A stretch of 64,000 nt of DNA, from assembly GCF_006345805.1 (NCBI RefSeq), contig NC_043000.1, positions 116,126,001-116,190,000 of the forward strand, given 5' to 3'. Of the stretch, positions 1-12,641 are shown piece after piece (position 1 is the first letter of the stretch; each line of letters starts with the position of its first letter). Both the position numbers and the translations under genes were made by a program. The notes beneath the pieces are model-generated. The model was not told where the DNA came from. It saw only the letters and a program-made list of their open reading frames with translations, and did no database searches. This DNA is from Octopus sinensis. Its lineage: Eukaryota.

Positions 1-557
1 TGTGTGTGTGTATCTGTGTATCTGTGTGTGTGTATGTGTGTACGTTTGCATGTATGTATATGTATGTATGCATGTATGTGTGTGTTTGTGTTTGAGTGTG
101 AGGCAAATATATATATATATAGAGAGAGAGAGGCAAAGAAATATGTGTTTGTGTACATATATATGATGTATGTATTCATCTGAAATTTGGTAAGTTAATC
201 TCTACAGCTCTCAAACATAATACTTATTCGGCTCCTGGTTCTCCGCCCACTTCACCTCCTCTTTATTGTCTCTTCTTTTATTTTTATTCCCACTATAATT
301 CCAGTAGTTATTCAACAAAGAATAATAAATACGAAAGCATATGGTTTAAAGGCATAAAGTTCTTGCCAACAATAAATCAACAACGCTAATGACAAATATT
401 TAGATAGCAAAGAAATGACAAATGAGAAAATATACTTCAAACCGTAAATTCATATCAAAATTAGTGGCAATAAAAGTTACTAATTCTTGGTAAAAAGTAC
501 AACGCAATAAATAGTAAGAAATAATATGAACAACAGTAGTGGAATATCGTGGGATTT

Positions 558-760
558 CGTTGGTTGCGACGATGAGGGTTCCAGTTGATCCAATCAACGG
601 AACAGCCTGCTCGTGAAATTAACGTGTGAGTGACTGAGCACTCCACAGACACGTGAACCCTTAACGTAGTTCTCGGGGAAATTCAACGTAAAAAGGTTGG
701 CCCTTTTAAATACAGGTACAGCAGAAACAGGAAGAAAGGGTGAGAGAAAGTTGTGGTGAA
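558..760 (-). mobile_element. SINE family A, 3' part
   Basis: gatgagggttccagttgatccaatcaacggaacagcctgctcgtgaaattaacg...gagcactccacag matches copies at 23452-23630, 48222-48280 and 61139-61210. Confidence 0.75.
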
Positions 761-899
761 AGAATACAGCCCTTCTAACACACACATACACACATGTTAT
801 TTTTCGTTTCACCCATGCAACCGCGGTGATGTTGGAGCACCACCGTATGTGTGTGTGTGTGTGTCTGTGTATCTGCGCGTGCGTGTGTATATTCACGTG

Positions 900-1110
900 T
901 TTGTTTTTGCGTGCACGTTTATTTCCCCAATTCGGCTTAACACCCAGTTTCGGTTTACTTGGGTTCCCGTTACATAGCGGTTCGTCAACTGAGTCCGATA
1001 AATATGTACCAGAATTTTGAAAAGAAGTACTGGGGTCGATTAATTCGACTATGTCTTGCAAGACGGTGCTCCAACATTGATGCAATCCAGTGAATAAAAC
1101 AAGTAAAGAA
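900..1110 (+). mobile_element. SINE family C, diverged 3' half
   Basis: cccgttacatagcggttcg...ggggtcgatt...gacggtgctccaacatt...aaacaagtaaaga, similar to the SINE C tail at 59640-59820. Confidence 0.65.
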
Positions 1111-1128
1111 ATATAGTTATAAAATAAT

Positions 1129-1525
1129 CTTTTCTACTCTAGGCACATGGCACGAAATTTGGTGGGAGGGACCAGTCGATTATATCGACCTCAGTATGCA
1201 GCTGGTATTTGATTTATCGACCCCGAAAGGATGAAAGGCAAAGTCGACCTCGGCGTAATTTGAACTCAGAACGTAAAGACAGACGAAATACCTGTTACAT
1301 TACTACCCACAAGGAGCTAAACACAGAGGAGACAAACAAGGACAGACACACGGATCAAGTCGATTATATCGACTCCAGTGCGTAACTGGTCCTTAATTTA
1401 TCGACCCCGAAAGGATGAAAGGCAATTTCGACCTCGGCGGAATTTGAACTCAGAACATAACGACAGACGAATTACGGCTACGCATTTCGCCTCGCGTGCT
1501 AACGATTCTGCCAGCTCGCCGCCTT
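1129..1525 (-). mobile_element. SINE family B dimer (head-body-tail i + body-tail ii)
   Basis: On the minus strand: aaggcggcgagctggcagaatcgttagc head, B-box gagttcaaattcc, two copies of gcctttcatcctttcggggtcgataaa, terminal gtgcctagagtagaaaaag. Confidence 0.85.
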
Positions 1526-2174
1526 GAATAACAGATGCAAGAGTACAGTAGAACATAGTGGTTGACTCTACATTTTGCTTTATGGAATCTGCGTTTCGGT
1601 AGAGGCATACTTAATGGAAACTTCTGGAAAACGTTGCATATTTCCTTTCCGCCAAGACATGGTAATGCAACACGTTCTCTCTTACATGGTGCTTTTACTT
1701 AATTGACAATTGCAACAGAAAGTACTATTAAATTCCTCGAATATTCATTGTAATATTATAATGAATGGAAGATCTAAAATTCTAATAAAAGGAAATTTTA
1801 AAGAGAAAGTTATTCAGCGCAGATAAGATGAAAATAACGAAGTCAAGACAAATATTATTATATATGATTTAACTCAACATGACATTGCATTACATTTCTC
1901 TAATATTCCATCATGTTATATTAAACGTTGCTTCATAGAGTGTACAGCACTTCAGCATGTCTCTCCATTATTTGGCGTTGCGTAATATCTGACATTACTC
2001 GTTTCTTATAGAGTCTGATGCAAAACTGTTGTTAGGGATTGCTTTTTTTTTCTTTTTTTTTCTTTTTTGCTTTTAGCAAATATAGACGAGCATCTGTCAG
2101 CAAGATTTAGGCGTTTTGTGAGCAAACCCAAAATTATGGCTTTGATTAATCTTATTATTATTATTACTTACTCC

Positions 2175-2462
2175 AGGCGGTGAGCTGGTTTAATCGTTAG
2201 TACGCCGAGCTAAATGGTTAGCGGTATTTCGTCTGCCGCTACGTTCTGTGCTCAAATTCCCCTGAGGTCGATTATTGCCTTTCATCCTTTCGGGGTTGAT
2301 TAAATAAGTACCAGTTACGCACTGGGGTCGATATAATCGACTTAATCCGTTTGTCTGTCCTTCTTTGTCCCCTTTGTGTTTAGCCCCTTGTGGGTAGTAA
2401 AGAAATAGGTATTTCGTCAGTCTCATCTTCTTGAGTTAAAATTCTGCCGGGTCGACTTTGCG
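2175..2462 (+). mobile_element. SINE family B, unit plus truncated second unit
   Basis: Head aggcggtgagctgg, body gcctttcatcctttcgggg, tail i ...tttagccccttgtgggtagtaaaagaaata, then restarts at ggtatttcg. Confidence 0.85.
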
Positions 2463-2891
2463 CAACATGGTGATCTCATATCAAGATAACCAGCGCACGA
2501 CCTTGTAGCTGAGGCCCAATTAGAATTTTCTTCAAGTTGAGTAGCACATCTCGCTCAAATGGTCCCTGAATAAGGGTTGTTGAACGAAACTCCCATGTTT
2601 CCAGAAATGAATTATTCAAACTCCAAAGAATTGTTCTCAATAAATGGCTATGATGTTCCCCCACTACCTCTACTCGAGATCAGAGACGTACATTTCGTCA
2701 GCCACCAAGGGATATGCTCAACTGATTATGGTCAAACAACTGACAAGCAAATCTGTGGTATTGACCAGAATGATATTTGCTGAGGCTCCATATGTTATAC
2801 CAAGATAAAACAATGTACATAATAACACTTCCAAATAGTCAAAATGAAAAGCTATGAGAGCCAGCGACTGGTACTGCATCAGGAATATTTT

Positions 2892-3055
2892 CTTCTTCTT
2901 CTCCTCCTCCTCCTCTTTCTTCTTCTTTCTATCCATCTTCTTCTTCTTCTTCTTCTTCATCTCCTCCTCCTCCTCCTCCTCCTCATTCTTCTTCGCCTCC
3001 TCCTCCTCCTCCTCCTCCTTCTTCTTCTTCTTCTTCTTCTGCTACTCCTTCTTCC
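2892..3055. repeat. Compound (CTT)n/(CCT)n trinucleotide microsatellite
   Basis: Direct reading; explains ORFs 2718..2960, 2844..3119 and 2854..3168. Confidence 0.95.
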
Positions 3056-3819
3056 GAAGCAATCGTTATTATACTGCTCTTCTGATTTCACAGATAAACT
3101 ACACAACACGGGTTACTAAACGTCAAAACACGTTAACAAACTATTTCATGGCAACATCCAGCACTTAACCTAAATATTCTGTTTTATCCTGCCAGTGGCT
3201 TCTTAAACTTCATACAAATATCTATTTCTAGGTATTCTTCAAACATTAATTACTTGTAGGCACGTGTTACATGGTTATGCAACCGCAATATACCTATTAA
3301 ATGCTTTTATAAGTAAACACTGCAAAACAATCAGTTCTGGCTAAGATTTCAGCAGGAATAACCTTAAATTAACGTAAGATGTACTAGCCATCTGAATGTG
3401 ACTAGCCACTGGGGGTGGGGTGTTACTGATGCTTTTAGCCCCAGGCGAACAACGTCACCAGATGGACTTTAGACACAAAATTTCAGTGCCCTTGTGTTAT
3501 TTGCAAAGGGAGGTCATCCTCCCTCGAAAACCTAAGTGATACATACGGACTATAGTTTCAAGGTAATTGCCTCTCGTCAACGCATGGTAAACACCGGTTT
3601 TCGATGAAGGAGACCCTCTGCAAATAATATTTAACGTTTTTCACAGCAACCACAGTCACTGATTTTAAAAAAATTACAGGCTTTAATATGATAATGCAGT
3701 AAGCGAACTCTATTTTTGTTGCTATAACTAGTTCCAACAGCAATTGTAACTCAAAGGTTTTCATGAACAGCAATAAAATCGTCCGGCTTAAAAGTTTAAA
3801 ATGGTTTGTATTTATTCTG

Positions 3820-4038
3820 TTTCTTTTACTTGTTTCAGCCATTTGAATTTGGCCATATTGGAGCACCGCCTTTTAGTCGAACAAATTGACCCCCAACCGC
3901 CGCCGGGAATTATTCTATTTAAGACCTAGTACTTATTCTTTCAGTTTCTATTGCCGAACCGCTAACATCGGTTGTAAAACGATGGTGGAGAGAGAAACCT
4001 ATACACACAATACATACATACATATATAAATATATATA

Positions 4039-4071
<33 letters not shown>

Positions 4072-4141
4072 TTCACACACACATACATATATATATATAT
4101 TATATATATATTATATATATATATACTTCACACACACACAT

Positions 4142-4193
<52 letters not shown>

Positions 4194-4357
4194 CGACAGG
4201 CTTCTTTCAGTTTCCGTCTACCAAATCCACTCACAAGGTTTTGTTTGTCCCGGAGCCACAGTAGAAGAACCTTGACTAAGAAGGGCGCAGAGGAACTGAA
4301 CCTGGAACCATGTGGTTGGGAAGCAAGTTTCTTACCAGATAGTCACTGCCGCGCCTA
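3820..4357 (-). mobile_element. SINE family C, full length with internal (TA)/(CA) microsatellite
   Basis: Tail ttgtttcagccatttga...ggagcaccgcc at 3830-3870, microsatellite at 4000-4190, head ...gaaccatgtggttgggaagcaag at 4305-4330. Confidence 0.85.
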
Positions 4358-4804
4358 TGCACACCTAACATTAATCGTGTCTTGAAATCTTTAATCTAAC
4401 AATATACATTTTACCAGGGAGATAACGTTACCAATACTATATGCTTAACGTACGTGTATTGTTTAAACGCCAGAAGTTGAGGTTTTAAGTCCTGGGAAAA
4501 ATCTCTTTGTATAGGCTGCGGCAGAAATGTAGGCGAGATTTCAAAGACTAATAAACAAACAAATACTCGAAGATGCATGAAACAAATTCATATGTCTATG
4601 ATGTTCATTAAATGCCATTTTATTTCCTGCTTCATTTACTATCCACCATGGTCTTGAGTACAAAGCATCCTTTCTTCTTTTATCTTCATGTGTTTGTGTT
4701 TTTATTAATATTTGAAATAGGGACAACATTTCTAATGCACCCTGTAGATGTAGTGTATAAAAAAATATTTAAAAAAACACAAGAAATGTTGATCTATGAC
4801 GTCG

Positions 4805-5000
4805 AGATGGCAAAATCGGTAGCACTCCTGCAAAAATGGTTAGCGGAATTACGTCTTTACTTTCGGAGTTCAAACTCTGCCGAGGTCGATTTGCCTTTCA
4901 TCTTTTCCGGTTCGATAAAATTATGACCAGCTGAGCACCGACGTCAATGTAATTGATTTACCCCTCCCCTGAAATTGCTGGTCTTGTGCCAAATTTGAAA
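4805..5000 (+). mobile_element. SINE family B monomer, diverged, tail ii
   Basis: atggcaaaatcggtagcac...gagttcaaactctgccgaggtcgatttgcctttcatcttttccgg...gtcttgtgcc. Confidence 0.7.
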
Positions 5001-5649
5001 CTAATAAACTGCAGAGATAGTTCTTTAAAACACAACCGATATTTTTCGATTTTAGAACGTCAGTTATGTTTTTAACATAATTGTATAATTTTTCATACAA
5101 TGTATAAATTGTATGTATTCTGGTATATATTCCACACACCTATTCTATTTCATTTCACAAACTTGCCAACTGATACATTCTTGCGTTCCCAAGTGTGAAA
5201 GTGTTTTCCTTGTAACATCTTTGAAGCCATCTAGAACTGTTTTATTGCTTAGAGGAGGCTTAGTAACAATCAATATACATAGGAAGGTATATCTGCATAT
5301 CCGCAACAAACTTATCTGACCTAAAATCTTCCAATAAATTTTCTCATTCTTTCTCTCTGTCTGTCTCATGTATGTATTATATGTAGTATGTATGTATGTA
5401 TGTATGTATGTATGTATGTATGTATGTATGTATGTATGTATGTATGTATGTATGTATGCATACATACATACATACTACATACATACATATATATATATTA
5501 ATATATAATATATAGAGAGAGAGAGAGAGAGAGAGTCGGTGTGATATATTACCTATGTTCGCCTAATTCATTTTACTTGTTTTGTATTCTGTTTTTTTTA
5601 TTATATTGATTTGTGTATGTGTGTCTGCAGGTGTGTATATAAAATATAC

Positions 5650-5725
<76 letters not shown>

Positions 5726-5776
5726 AGTTTGAAAAGGAACACTCGAGTTGATATATATATATATATATATATATAG

Positions 5777-5950
5777 AAAAAACGTCAAGATAGAAAATGC
5801 TAAAATAATTTTATAAAAAACATTTCAGTACCGGTTTCAGTCATTGAGACTTTTTCAACTGTAAGTATGGAAAACAATTAAATTTTGGAAAAATTATGAG
5901 AAAAGTGTTTTAAAAGTTGATGGACCACTGCAATAAACGTGCGAATCTCA
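5777..5950 (-). mobile_element. Short (TA)n-flanked Penelope-like terminal remnant with degenerate hammerhead
   Basis: Minus strand 5821-5862: CAG TTGAAAA AGTC TCAAT GACT GAAAC CG GTA CTG = stem I, two-change CUGANGA core, stem II, GAAAC, palindromic ACCGGT stem III. PLE assignment is inference. Confidence 0.5.
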
Positions 5951-6227
5951 GAGAGGAATATGTTGAATAAAATCATAATTAACAGATCCTCATGTATTTT
6001 CTTTTACCCAACACCAGGAACACCCCGTCGTATACACACACACACACACACACTCTCTCTCTCTCTCACACACACACACATCCATGTAATTTTCTTTTGC
6101 TTATTGTCTACATTACTTTTTACTCTACTGTTTCTACGGATTGTATCACTGAAATTGTATCGATTGTGGCCGTTCCTCACATTACGTAAATCGCAAATGA
6201 CAGCAAGCTATATACATGTGATGCATT

Positions 6228-6271
<44 letters not shown>

Positions 6272-6461
6272 ATATTATATATATATATATATATATGCAC
6301 ACTATGCTCATAGGGTACAGGTAACAACAGAATTAGCTAGCAAAAGTTTATCAGGAATCAAATTTAAATAATCAGAATATGGAGAAGTTTTGATCAACAA
6401 ACAAATTGACCAACATCGGTTGATTATTTTTTAATACAAAACATGACGTAACATTTCTTAC

Positions 6462-6539
6462 GGTCGTTTCCGCTTGCAATGCTGCTTGTTGTTTACGAAA
6501 GACATTCCGAAAATTTGTCATCTTCATGACATATTCGAT
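6462..6539 (-). CDS. Candidate 78-nt exon of an unidentified gene (IEYVMKMTNFRNVFRKQQAALQAETT in phase 0)
   Basis: T-rich tract then ...ccatttactAG acceptor, ACC|GTAAGA donor, open frame, non-repetitive sequence. No homology recognised. Confidence 0.35.
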
Positions 6540-7838
6540 CTAGTAAATGGAGCTTCATCAGAGTTAATACAAATGCGTAAAATAAAATAAAAGTGAAGAG
6601 GGAAGAGGAAAGAACTGGGCCTGTATACAGGGCCTAGATTCTCTTTGTGACAAAGTTGATGTCTTCAACTCTAGTGAATCAGTCGGTGTTAATCTGTTAG
6701 TTCCCTTCTCAGCACACTTTTATATATGACTATTCACACACACACATAGACCCACACACACACACACATACAAAAACCCACACATACACAAACATGCGTT
6801 TGTGCGTCTGGTGTCTAGATCCATCCATTTCTCTATCTATATATGTATATATATGTATATATCAATAAAGAGAGATAGAAATACACACACAAACAAGCAC
6901 ACACACACACATAAGACTGACTTTATTCAGCTTTCGTCTACCAAATTTACTCATAAGGCATTGATCTGCTGGAATTTATAGTTAAAAGCAAAGTTGACCA
7001 CAGCGAAATTTGATCTCAGAACGTAAAGACAGGAGAAGACCCGCTAATCGTTTTTGCTTAGCGTGCTAAAGATTTTGTCATCTCACCATCCTTGTAATTG
7101 CTATATGAAACTTACTGAAATACTAAGTAATCAAATTTTGTGAATTATTCAACCGTTATGTAATCTTTTACAAAAGATTTAAACTATTACCAATGAAAAG
7201 AATGTACTAATATTTCTAATAATATGCAGATATCTTTAAATGTAATTATACCAATTTTTAATTATCGAAATTGTACAGTGAATAAATGGTATGTGTGATA
7301 TAGAATATCAAATTTTTGATTACGTTTCGTGGCGTTTCAGGCAATAAAATGCAATTAGTGTAAACAATAAGTAGAACAACAGATCTCTCAGCGTAACGCT
7401 TTATGAATATTTATATCATCATCTTCAATTTTACATTGCTAAGTGAAAACGAGAAAGATTCAAAGCAAGATTATAATTAACTCAATGTGTTAACAACTGC
7501 AAATTAGAAGCTGAATTGATAGGATTCACCGATGGGAATCATTGTCGATTTACTGTTTTTGTCTTGCAGATCATATTTCGTGTTAATTAACAATAGTCGC
7601 TTCCTTTTACCTTCTTTTGTTGTTGCCTTCGCTCTTTATTCTCTCTTGTAAACATGTAAACTGTATCTAGCTAGATTCTTAGCTACCTATACATGCGTAT
7701 AAATTTATAAGTAGGTATTATGACAACGCATATATGTATATAGACATACATAGATACATATATGTATAATATATATCTATATCTATATTTATTTATCTAT
7801 CTGTCTATCTATATATCCCCCTCTCTCTCTCCCCCACT

Positions 7839-7876
<38 letters not shown>

Positions 7877-7943
7877 CTATATATATATATATATATATAT
7901 ATTTAAAAAAGAGGATGTGGAACACGAGTTGTGATATATAAAA

Positions 7944-8251
7944 AAGGAAATGAAGAAAATGCTGACAAAATGATTTAAGTAATTAAGTAATTTAATTAGG
8001 TGAAAGTTCTTTTTACCGGTTCGCATTTGTTATGCTTATCAAAAGATATTTTTTTAAGAGAGATTAAAGTTCCTTTCTGATAGATTTTTCCTCTTACCAG
8101 ATAAGAGGAAAAAATCTATCAGAAAGGAACTTTAATCTCTCTTAAAAATATCTTTTGATAAGCATAACAAATGCGCAACCGGTAAAAAGAACTTTCACCT
8201 AATTAAATTACTTAAATTACTTAAATCATTTTGTCAGCATTTTCTTCATTT

Positions 8252-8255
<4 letters not shown>
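7944..8255. repeat. Near-perfect palindrome, arms about 153 bp, 5-nt loop (8097-8101)
   Basis: Left arm aaggaaatgaagaaaatgctgac...cctctta is the reverse complement of taagagg...gtcagcattttcttcatttcctt. (TA)n lies on both sides. Confidence 0.9.
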
Positions 8256-8289
<34 letters not shown>

Positions 8290-8319
8290 ATATATATAAT
8301 ATATACATATTATACATAT

Positions 8320-9222
8320 TGGAGAGTGGTTACATGACTTTCTGAAAGATAGGAGTCAGGCAGTAGTGGCTAATGGAGCCACCTCTATGAAAACAGAAGT
8401 AGTAAGCGGTGTTCCACAGGGCACTGTCTTGGGATCACTGCTTTTTATAGTGGCCCTCTCAGATATGCCCCAAGTGCCCGGATAGTCACCCTTGCAAGCT
8501 ATGCAGACGATACGAAAGTCTCGCAGAAAATACAGAACCCCAGCGGTGTTGCACACCTGCAGCAGGAGTTGGTATCAATCTACAGATGGGCTGGGGATAA
8601 TAATATGCAGTTTAATGCTGAAAAATTCCAGGCCTGGCGCTACCAGCATCCAAAACTGAATATTAAACTTACAGGGTACACCGGTCCACAGGGAATTTCA
8701 ATCCCAGAGGCTAAGTCTGCGAGGGACCTGGGTATCGACATGAGTGATGATACCTCTTTCCAAGTGCACATTACCAGGATGGCGACAAAGTGCAGATGAC
8801 TGGCTGGATGGATCCTAAGAACATTCAGAACCATGATGGTCCTCTGGCGGACATTCGTTCTCAGCCGCCTGGATTACTGCTCACAGCTATGGTCACCCAC
8901 CAGTATGAAATTAACAGCAGACCTTGAAGCAATCCAGAGAAGATTCACGAAGAAGATCGTCTCTTTGCAACAGCTCAGCTACTGGGAAAGGTTGAAACAA
9001 CTAAGACTCTACTCCCTGGAGAGAAGACGGGAGGGGTATGCAGTAATATATATCTGGAAGATCCTGGAAGGAACTGTGCCAAACTTTGGCATTGAGAGCA
9101 ACACCAATACCAGAACGGGACGACACTGCATAGTGCCAAAAATCCCAGCAACGCCATCACGACTCAGGACCAGTTTTTGCAACAGCCTGGGTTTCGGAGG
9201 CCCACAGCTTTTTAATATTCTC
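8320..9222 (+). mobile_element. CR1-clade LINE ORF2 fragment (RT and C-terminus), decayed
   Basis: GEWLHDFLKDRSQAVVANG..SGVPQGTVLGSLLF..YADDTK..RDLG..LSRLDYCSQLWSP..YWERLKQLRLYSLERRR. Frameshifts and an in-frame TGA at 8797-8799. Confidence 0.9.
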
Positions 9223-9544
9223 CTACCTTGGGTAAAATAGAAATTCCCAGTTGCACTCGTGCAACATGTAGTTCGTCCGTTGAAACGTTTCGCTCTTGAA
9301 GTCTATGGTCATGCTCCCGCCCTCTCTTTTCCTGCTGACGTTATCTACCATATTTCTTTCAGTCTATTTTCACCTGAGTATCTGTCACTGCTTATACGCT
9401 TTAGTGCTTAACCGAGACACCATCCGTAGTGCTGTTGCTGCCATATACCCCGATTGAAGGGCTACCTTTACTCTCCCGTTTAATTTCATAAGCTATTTTG
9501 CCTGTATCAGGCATGACACCTTTCGTTTAGGTAGAACGAGAATA

Positions 9545-9957
9545 AGGCAGCGAGCTAGCAGAAACGTTAGCAGCCGGGCGAATTGCTTAGCGGTATATCG
9601 CCTACCGCTACGTTCTGAGTTCAAATTCCGCCGAGGTCGATTTACCTTTCATCCTTTCAGGGTCGATTAAATAAGTACCAGTTACACACTGGGTCGATAT
9701 AATCGACTTAATCCGTTTGTCTGTCCTTGTTTGTCCCCTCTGTGTTTAGTCCCTTGTTTGTAGTAAAGAAATATGTATTTCGCCTGCCGTTACGTTGTGA
9801 GTTCAAATTCCGCTGAGGTCGACTTTACCTTTCATCCTTTCGGGGTCGATAAATTAAGTACCAGTTATGCACTGGGGTCAATGTAATCGACTTAATCCGT
9901 TTGTCTGTCCTTGTTTGTCCCCTCTATGTTTAGCCCCTTGAAGGCAATAAAGAAATA
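9545..9957 (+). mobile_element. SINE family B dimer with 12-bp TSD
   Basis: agaacgagaata at 9533-9544 and 9958-9969. Both units end in tail i. Confidence 0.9.
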
Positions 9958-9969
9958 AGAACGAGAATA

Positions 9970-10248
9970 CTGAGTCGAATTTTGTAAAACATAACCTGCA
10001 CTTGGTATCGATCCCGTCTCAAATGCTTTGTTGTCGATATTTGTTGTTGTTGTTGCTGTTGTTGTTGTTGTTGTTGTTGTTATTGTTGCAGATTCACGCG
10101 CAACTTTTATGTTGCTTTCGCTTTCGTTGTTGCTGTTGGTGTTCCTGTCTGTGTCGTTGAAAATGTTGTCATAACCGCTGGTGTTGCTGTTCTTCTCGTG
10201 TTTTCTACTTCCGACAGGAAAGTGTTTCGATCCGTTAGTTCCTGCCAT
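9970..10248 (-). CDS. Candidate coding segment (MAGTNGSKHF...SGYDNIFNDT...poly-T...IDNKAFETGSIPSAG), unidentified
   Basis: Unique, GC-balanced open frame (ORF 9892..10248) with protein-like composition, but partly an (AAC)n microsatellite and with weak splice signals. Confidence 0.25.
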
Positions 10249-10486
10249 TCTAGGTGAAGCACAACCGTCTAGGTCATGACGCCTAGTTGCTCTCCTGCAG
10301 TCTTCGAAATGTTACCGTGACTAGTAATGGAACCCGAAACCTCCGGGTCAGCTTATTTCCCTGATCTGTGGTGTATGTCGCTCGGCCACGAAGGCTACCG
10401 ACAGAACTTGCACGCTGAGTCTACTTCGATCTAGGTTTACCTTATACTGTTCTCTGTTTAGTTGCTTGCTCAACGTACCGTTCATC

Positions 10487-10519
<33 letters not shown>

Positions 10520-10645
10520 TGTATGTATGTATGTATGTATGTATGTATGTATGTATGTATGTATGTATGTATGTATGTATGTATGTATGTATCTATCTCT
10601 ATATATCTATCTATCTCGTTTATATTAATCTATCGCTCTATATAT

Positions 10646-10703
<58 letters not shown>

Positions 10704-10707
10704 ATAA

Positions 10708-10983
10708 ACAATTGCAGCGTGAAAGTGTTGTTATAAGCCATTTAAAAACACACAAAATCCGTTCGATTCACTTCAACATTTAAATTTAATTTGTCAAAAT
10801 ATTTTCGTCGCTTTGAGACAGCGACTGACAAAATTCCGTGCTGCATCTCATTTTGTCAGTGAACAGGTCGCTACCTCAAAGCGACGAAAATATTTTGGCA
10901 AATAAAAATTAAATGTTGAAGTAAATCTAACGGGTTTTGTGTTTTTCTTAAATGCTTATAAACACCTTACATGCTGCAATTGT
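10708..10983. repeat. Imperfect palindrome, arms about 130 bp, containing a hammerhead-shaped motif
   Basis: acaattgcagc (10708) pairs with gctgcaattgt (10973-10983). 10852-10902 reads TTTGTCA GTGAACA G GTCGC n9 GCGAC GAA AATATT T TGGCAAA. Confidence 0.8.
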
Positions 10984-11722
10984 CTTTGTTCCAGCACACG
11001 ATCTCACATCAGGTCCCTTGTATGCAAGTACATCTCCGTATATAGGTATTCGTTATAAGCGATGGAAGCAGTTTTTAGTTTAAATTCGCAATGCGTATAT
11101 CATACTTAAAGCATACTATATATATAATAATAATATATATATATAATTATATATATATATATAATATATATATTATATACACCTACGTTGTGTGTCTCTT
11201 GCATATGATAAATGGTGCGCTGCTGAAGATGATGCGTAATGAACAAAATTAAATTTTCATTAAGCAAAAAAAAACAACAAAAAAACTAATAACAAATTTG
11301 ATGTAACATTAGAATATTACTACATTAATATTCTAGGCAAATAACCGGTCGGTTTAGTAGACTTTAGTTTAAAAATGAAGTTTTAAACTTTCCCCACATT
11401 AATATATTCAGCTGTCACTCGGCAATGAAATTTACTCGAGGGTGGAATGTCTCTCAAATCATCCGCTTTTTCTACAACACAATTTTCTGAAAATTATTGA
11501 TGAGAATTTTAAGCTTAAGGCGAATATTTCAACTTCCAAACTCGTGGTAGTTTTTCATAAATCCATCCGGCATTGAAAACGGTGTCTCACAACATGCTGA
11601 CGACTAGTAGTGACTGGAAGATATCTTTTGACTTGAAGCGTATTGCATGAAATAACAACTTGTCTGTAGGATTCGATAAGATTGGTTCTCGTTTCCGTTC
11701 TACCAATCATACATTGTAAATA

Positions 11723-12008
11723 GTAGAAGCACATGGCCTAGTGGTTAGAGCAGTGAATTCGCGGTCGAGGGATTGCGGGTTCGAATCTCAGACTGGGTGA
11801 TGTGTGCGTTTATGAGCGAAATACCTAAGCTCCACACGGCTCTGTCAGAAGGTAATGGCGAACTTCTGCTGACTCTTTCGCCACAACTTTCTCTCATTAT
11901 TTCCTCCCGCACCTTGCGGCTCCCCTGAGACGGACCGGCGTCCCTTCTAGGTGGGGAAACCGGCCCTTATGAGCCAGGCGTTGCTCGAGAAGGAACAAAC
12001 AACAACAG
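11723..12008 (+). mobile_element. SINE family A variant with (AAC) tail and 11-bp TSD
   Basis: tRNA-like head ggcctagtggttagagc...gggttcgaatctc; tail tcgagaaggaacaaacaacaac; TSD cattgtaaata at 11712-11722 and 12009-12019. Confidence 0.85.
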
Positions 12009-12274
12009 CATTGTAAATAAATGTGGTGCACTGCAGAATTCAGACAACACTAGATTAAAATATAACCTTGTGTCCTTTAAACTTTTATTGTTTGAAGGAC
12101 TATAGAAGGAGTCAGGCTCTGCATAAAGCATGCTCACTATGATAATAGTCATCGTGCAGGTGAACGTGCTCTACAGGCGCACTAAAAGGAACATTCCCAT
12201 AAAAATATTTGTATACTACACATGAAAGCATCCTGCCTAAACTTTAATTTTAAGTACAACTTATATATATATAT

Positions 12275-12427
12275 ACTCTCCTTGTTTGTTTCTGTGTTCC
12301 TATATGTGGAAGAGCGTAGGCTCGAAACGTTAACGACATTTTCAATTCTCGAGCGTTATAGTAATACATCTGTTTGTTTTCTACACCACCTGTCTTCGTC
12401 TTTTTATTTTCTTAGTGAATTCTCCCT
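12275..12427 (+). mobile_element. (TA)n-flanked Penelope-like terminal remnant (GAGCGTAGGCTCGAAAC family)
   Basis: Same family as 40527-40720 and 54308-54485. Stem GAGC/GCTC followed by GAAACGTT. Confidence 0.6.
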
Positions 12428-12600
12428 ATATATATATATATAAATAAGTAAATAGGTGCGTCCGTGTGTATTACACACACATATATATATAACATTTTGT
12501 CTTAGTTGATATAACTTACGATGCCCATTGCCTATTGATGTCTTGTAACCTTTCGGTACCTAATGGTGTTAAGTGTTTGCGGGACATCGGTTAGGAGAGC

Positions 12601-12641
12601 TGCGCCGATGACAGCTATTGAGGGCGAAACACTAGTCCGCG
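12601..12641 (+). ncRNA. Degenerate type-I minimal hammerhead-like motif
   Basis: TGCG CCGATGA CA GCT ATTGAG GGC GAAAC ACTA GTC CGCG: U4C core, GUC cleavage triplet, 4-bp stem I. Confidence 0.4.

Noticed and set aside
11730-11800. tRNA genes (also at 23700-23770, 33097-33136 and 44115-44175)
   Set aside because: They have A/B boxes but no complete cloverleaf, and they continue into SINE bodies or tails.
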